Assembly (NCBI GenBank): GCA_042570105.1
Contig: JBHPHW010000001.1
Coordinates: 19,932-83,931 of the forward strand
DNA: 64,000 bases
Direction: 5' to 3'
Origin: Candidatus Omnitrophota bacterium
Lineage (GTDB): Bacteria; Omnitrophota; Gorgyraeia; Gorgyraeales; Gorgyraeaceae
The notes under the pieces: generated by a model
What the model was told of the DNA's origin: nothing
Databases searched by the model: none
Seen by the model: the letters and a program-made list of their open reading frames with translations, nothing else
Program-made: the position numbers and the translations under genes
In this document: positions 61,835 to 64,000 of the stretch, one piece after another
How the letters are laid out: the number at the start of each line of letters is the position of its first letter
Position numbering within the stretch: position 1 is the first letter of the stretch

Positions 61835-62986
61835 ATGATGGCTAAAGAAAAACTTAAAGTTTTACTCGTAGAGGATAATCCAACAGATGCCCTCATCGTG
61901 AAAAAGAAGCTACAGAGAGACAAGGCCTTTGACTATGAGGTTTTGCATCTTACATCAGGGGAAGAGGCTATTTCTACTTTGGAAAAAGAGTTATATCACA
62001 TAGTTCTTCTGGATTATAATCTCCCAAAAAAAAGTGGGCTTTGGGCCCTGCAGGAAATTAAGGCAAAAGATCTAAAGATACCAGTTGTTATGATAACAGG
62101 ACAAGGCGATGAAACAATCGCTGTAGAGCTTATCAAAGAAGGCGCATTTGATTATTTACCAAAAAGAGAGAATTACGAAGATTCAGTACCTTTGATGATC
62201 AGGAAGACAATAGCGGAATTTAGGGCGAGGTTTGAACGTGAACGACTACAAAAGGAGATTGCTTTAAAGAAAGATGAACTTGAAAACACAAATCAAAGGC
62301 TTAGAGAATTAGATAGGATGAAGTCAGATTTCGTGGCAAACGTAGTCCATGAACTGAGGACGCCTTTCACCATAATAAGAGGGAATCTAGACAATATCGG
62401 GAAGGGTTTTGCAGGAGAGATCCAGCCAAAGCAGAAAGAGATATTGACCGATGTCTTTAAGGTATTGGACAGGCTTACTAGACTAGTGAATGACTTATTG
62501 GATCTTTCCAAGATAGAATCAGGTAAAATGGAACTCAGTAAGGAAGAGCTGGATATAGTGGGATTGGCGAAGGAGGTCGTGAATGATTTCCAGAAGCTGG
62601 CCAGCGATAAGAACATAGGTATAAAAAAAGAATTTCCCGAATCTAAGATTATCATACCTGCAGACAGGGATAAAATGACGCAGGTTTTTGTAAATTTAAT
62701 AGGAAATGCTTTAAAATTTACTGATAAGGGAGATGTTACTATAAGGATAATCAAGCTTCAAGATGAAGTGCAGGTAGAGATACAGGATACTGGGCCAGGG
62801 ATGGACAAAGATATGATAGGTAATATTTTTGATAAATTTGTCAGGGTTATGGCAGAGAAAAAAGAAGGCACAGGATTAGGCCTTCCGATAGCAAAGGATA
62901 TAATATCTCTCCACGGAGGCCGCATAAGAGTAAAAAGCTCTCCCGGAAAAGGCTCTACGTTTATATTCAACCTTCCAAACATTTAA
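61835..62986 (+). CDS. Response-regulator receiver / histidine kinase hybrid (REC-HisKA-HATPase_c).
   Basis: REC KVLLVEDNPTDALIV...LDYNLPKKSG...VVMITGQGDE. H-box VVHELRTPFTIIRG. NLIGNALKFT, DTGPGMD, GTGLGL. Confidence 0.8.
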   Translation: MMAKEKLKVLLVEDNPTDALIVKKKLQRDKAFDYEVLHLTSGEEAISTLEKELYHIVLLDYNLPKKSGLWALQEIKAKDLKIPVVMITGQGDETIAVELIKEGAFDYLPKRENYEDSVPLMIRKTIAEFRARFERERLQKEIALKKDELENTNQRLRELDRMKSDFVANVVHELRTPFTIIRGNLDNIGKGFAGEIQPKQKEILTDVFKVLDRLTRLVNDLLDLSKIESGKMELSKEELDIVGLAKEVVNDFQKLASDKNIGIKKEFPESKIIIPADRDKMTQVFVNLIGNALKFTDKGDVTIRIIKLQDEVQVEIQDTGPGMDKDMIGNIFDKFVRVMAEKKEGTGLGLPIAKDIISLHGGRIRVKSSPGKGSTFIFNLPNI

Positions 62987-62987
62987 A

Positions 62988-63015
62988 GTAGGGGAGGTTT
63001 AACCCCCCCCCCTAC
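62988..63015. terminator. GC-rich hairpin (gtaggggagg tttaa cccccccccctac) between convergent genes; contains a 10-nt poly-C tract (63003-63012). Likely bidirectional terminator.
   Basis: Read directly. Lies between the TAA of the + strand kinase (62986) and the stop of the - strand comM (63024). Confidence 0.45.
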
Positions 63016-63023
63016 AATCACTC

Positions 63024-64000
63024 CTACATCCATAGATTTCGGTCCAAGCTTCTATATTGTATTGCTTCAGATACATGGTCGGGTTTAATCCTCTCCTTTC
63101 CTTCTAAGTCTGCAATAGTTCTTGAAAGTTTCAATATTTTATCGTAACACCTGGCGCTGAAGCCAAGTTCGGTAATGGCTGTTTTTAGAAGATCCCGCGA
63201 AGTTTCATCTAGCTTACAGTATCTCCTGATGAGTTTATAGTTCATCGCCGAATTTGAGAATATCCCGATATCTTTTGTGAACCTAGCAAGTTGAATTTGC
63301 CTAGCGCCCTCAACCCTTTCTTTTATCTTTTCCGATTTTTCGCTGAGACCTTCATTCGAAAGTTCTTTATATCTAAGGGGCGCGACTTCTATGTGGATAT
63401 CTATTCTATCAAGTAATGGACCAGAGATCTTTGATAGATACTTTTGTATTCTTTGGGGGGTGCAGTGACATTCCTTTTTGGGATCAGTGAGGTATCCGCA
63501 CGGGCATGGATTCATGCTGCATACCAACATAAACTTAGATGGAAATTTGACGCAGCCATTTACTCTTGAAACAATTACATAGCCGTCTTCCAATGGCTGC
63601 CTTAATGATTCTAAAGCATTTCTATGGAATTCAGGAAGTTCATCCATAAATAAAACTCCATTATGGGCAAGGCTTACCTCTCCTGGTTTTAGCATAGTTC
63701 CTCCGCCAATAAGAGATGCGTCTGAAGAAGTATGATGAGGCTCCCTAAAGGGCCTTGAGGGCAGTATCGAATTTTTTGCTGAAGTCAATCCGGATACACT
63801 GTAGATCTTTGTAGTCTCAATGGATTCTTCAATATTCATTTCAGGCATAATAGTCGGAAGTCTTTTTGCGAGCATTGTTTTTCCGCTTCCTGGCGGGCCC
63901 ATCATTATTATGTTATGACCTCCTGCTGCTGCGATTTCCATGGCCCTTTTGGCGTAAAATTGTCCTTTTACATCTGAAAAATCCAGCTCATAAGTTTTAT
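63024..64000 (-). CDS. comM: YifB/ComM-family Mg-chelatase-like AAA+ ATPase, 5'-partial. The reading frame continues past the track's Met at 63941 to the window end.
   Basis: Minus-strand translation upstream of the track ORF reads ...KTYELDFSDVKGQFYAKRAMEIAAAGGHNIIMMGPPGSGKTMLAKRL, the canonical ComM/YifB Walker A context. Walker B VLFMDELPEF. C-terminal wHTH-like tail. Confidence 0.85.
   Translation of the reverse strand, partial: KTYELDFSDVKGQFYAKRAMEIAAAGGHNIIMMGPPGSGKTMLAKRLPTIMPEMNIEESIETTKIYSVSGLTSAKNSILPSRPFREPHHTSSDASLIGGGTMLKPGEVSLAHNGVLFMDELPEFHRNALESLRQPLEDGYVIVSRVNGCVKFPSKFMLVCSMNPCPCGYLTDPKKECHCTPQRIQKYLSKISGPLLDRIDIHIEVAPLRYKELSNEGLSEKSEKIKERVEGARQIQLARFTKDIGIFSNSAMNYKLIRRYCKLDETSRDLLKTAITELGFSARCYDKILKLSRTIADLEGKERIKPDHVSEAIQYRSLDRNLWM

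Noticed and set aside
63003-63012. Poly-C tract as a phase-variation switch for a gene
   Set aside because: It is intergenic between two convergent stop codons, so it cannot shift a reading frame or sit in a promoter spacer. It is kept only as a minor terminator-tuning note.

Overview
The window is dominated by the 3' 25.8 kb of a single giant gene (1..25861, + strand). No in-frame stop lies between nt 2 and 25861, so the gene is 5'-truncated by the window edge; the track's ORF at 71..25861 (8596 aa) is only its TTG-initiated part. The encoded membrane protein is a mosaic I have not seen described. It has about 27 helix-turn-helix (HTH) DNA-binding modules in four repeat families: Cro/C1-type, about 15-16 winged-helix, 4 LuxR/GerE-type and 4 copies of a 62-aa 'NWW' repeat. 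Interspersed are a DedA/VTT-like integral membrane domain, further TM blocks, a protein-kinase-like motif region, an ATP-grasp-like and a GNAT-like domain, and class-I SAM methyltransferase (MTase) domains at both in-window ends. Several repeat blocks are near-identical at the DNA level (201-bp and 186-bp tandem periods), and GC content is visibly heterogeneous along the ORF. Downstream, all on the + strand, come: a single-domain PilZ protein; a sugar-uptake locus (solute-binding lipoprotein, two permeases, two clan GH-A TIM-barrel glycosidase paralogues, a putative carbohydrate-binding lipoprotein, a large TPR-plus-beta-barrel outer-membrane protein, a ROK regulator); an OMF-MFP-RND-RND efflux operon, with a 28-bp perfect inverted repeat between the adaptor and first pump, and a Pro-rich linker plus winged-helix DNA-binding tail on that pump; a coiled-coil protein, GspF/PilC and two pseudopilins; ychF, purH, folC, mnmE, folE; three small envelope proteins; a large sensor kinase and a REC-kinase hybrid. 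A convergent 5'-partial comM/yifB lies on the - strand at the end. I found no rRNA, tRNA, CRISPR or recognisable transposase. The low GC, reduced-looking operons and giant ORF suggest an uncultivated lineage known for giant genes (e.g. Omnitrophota-like), which is inference only.
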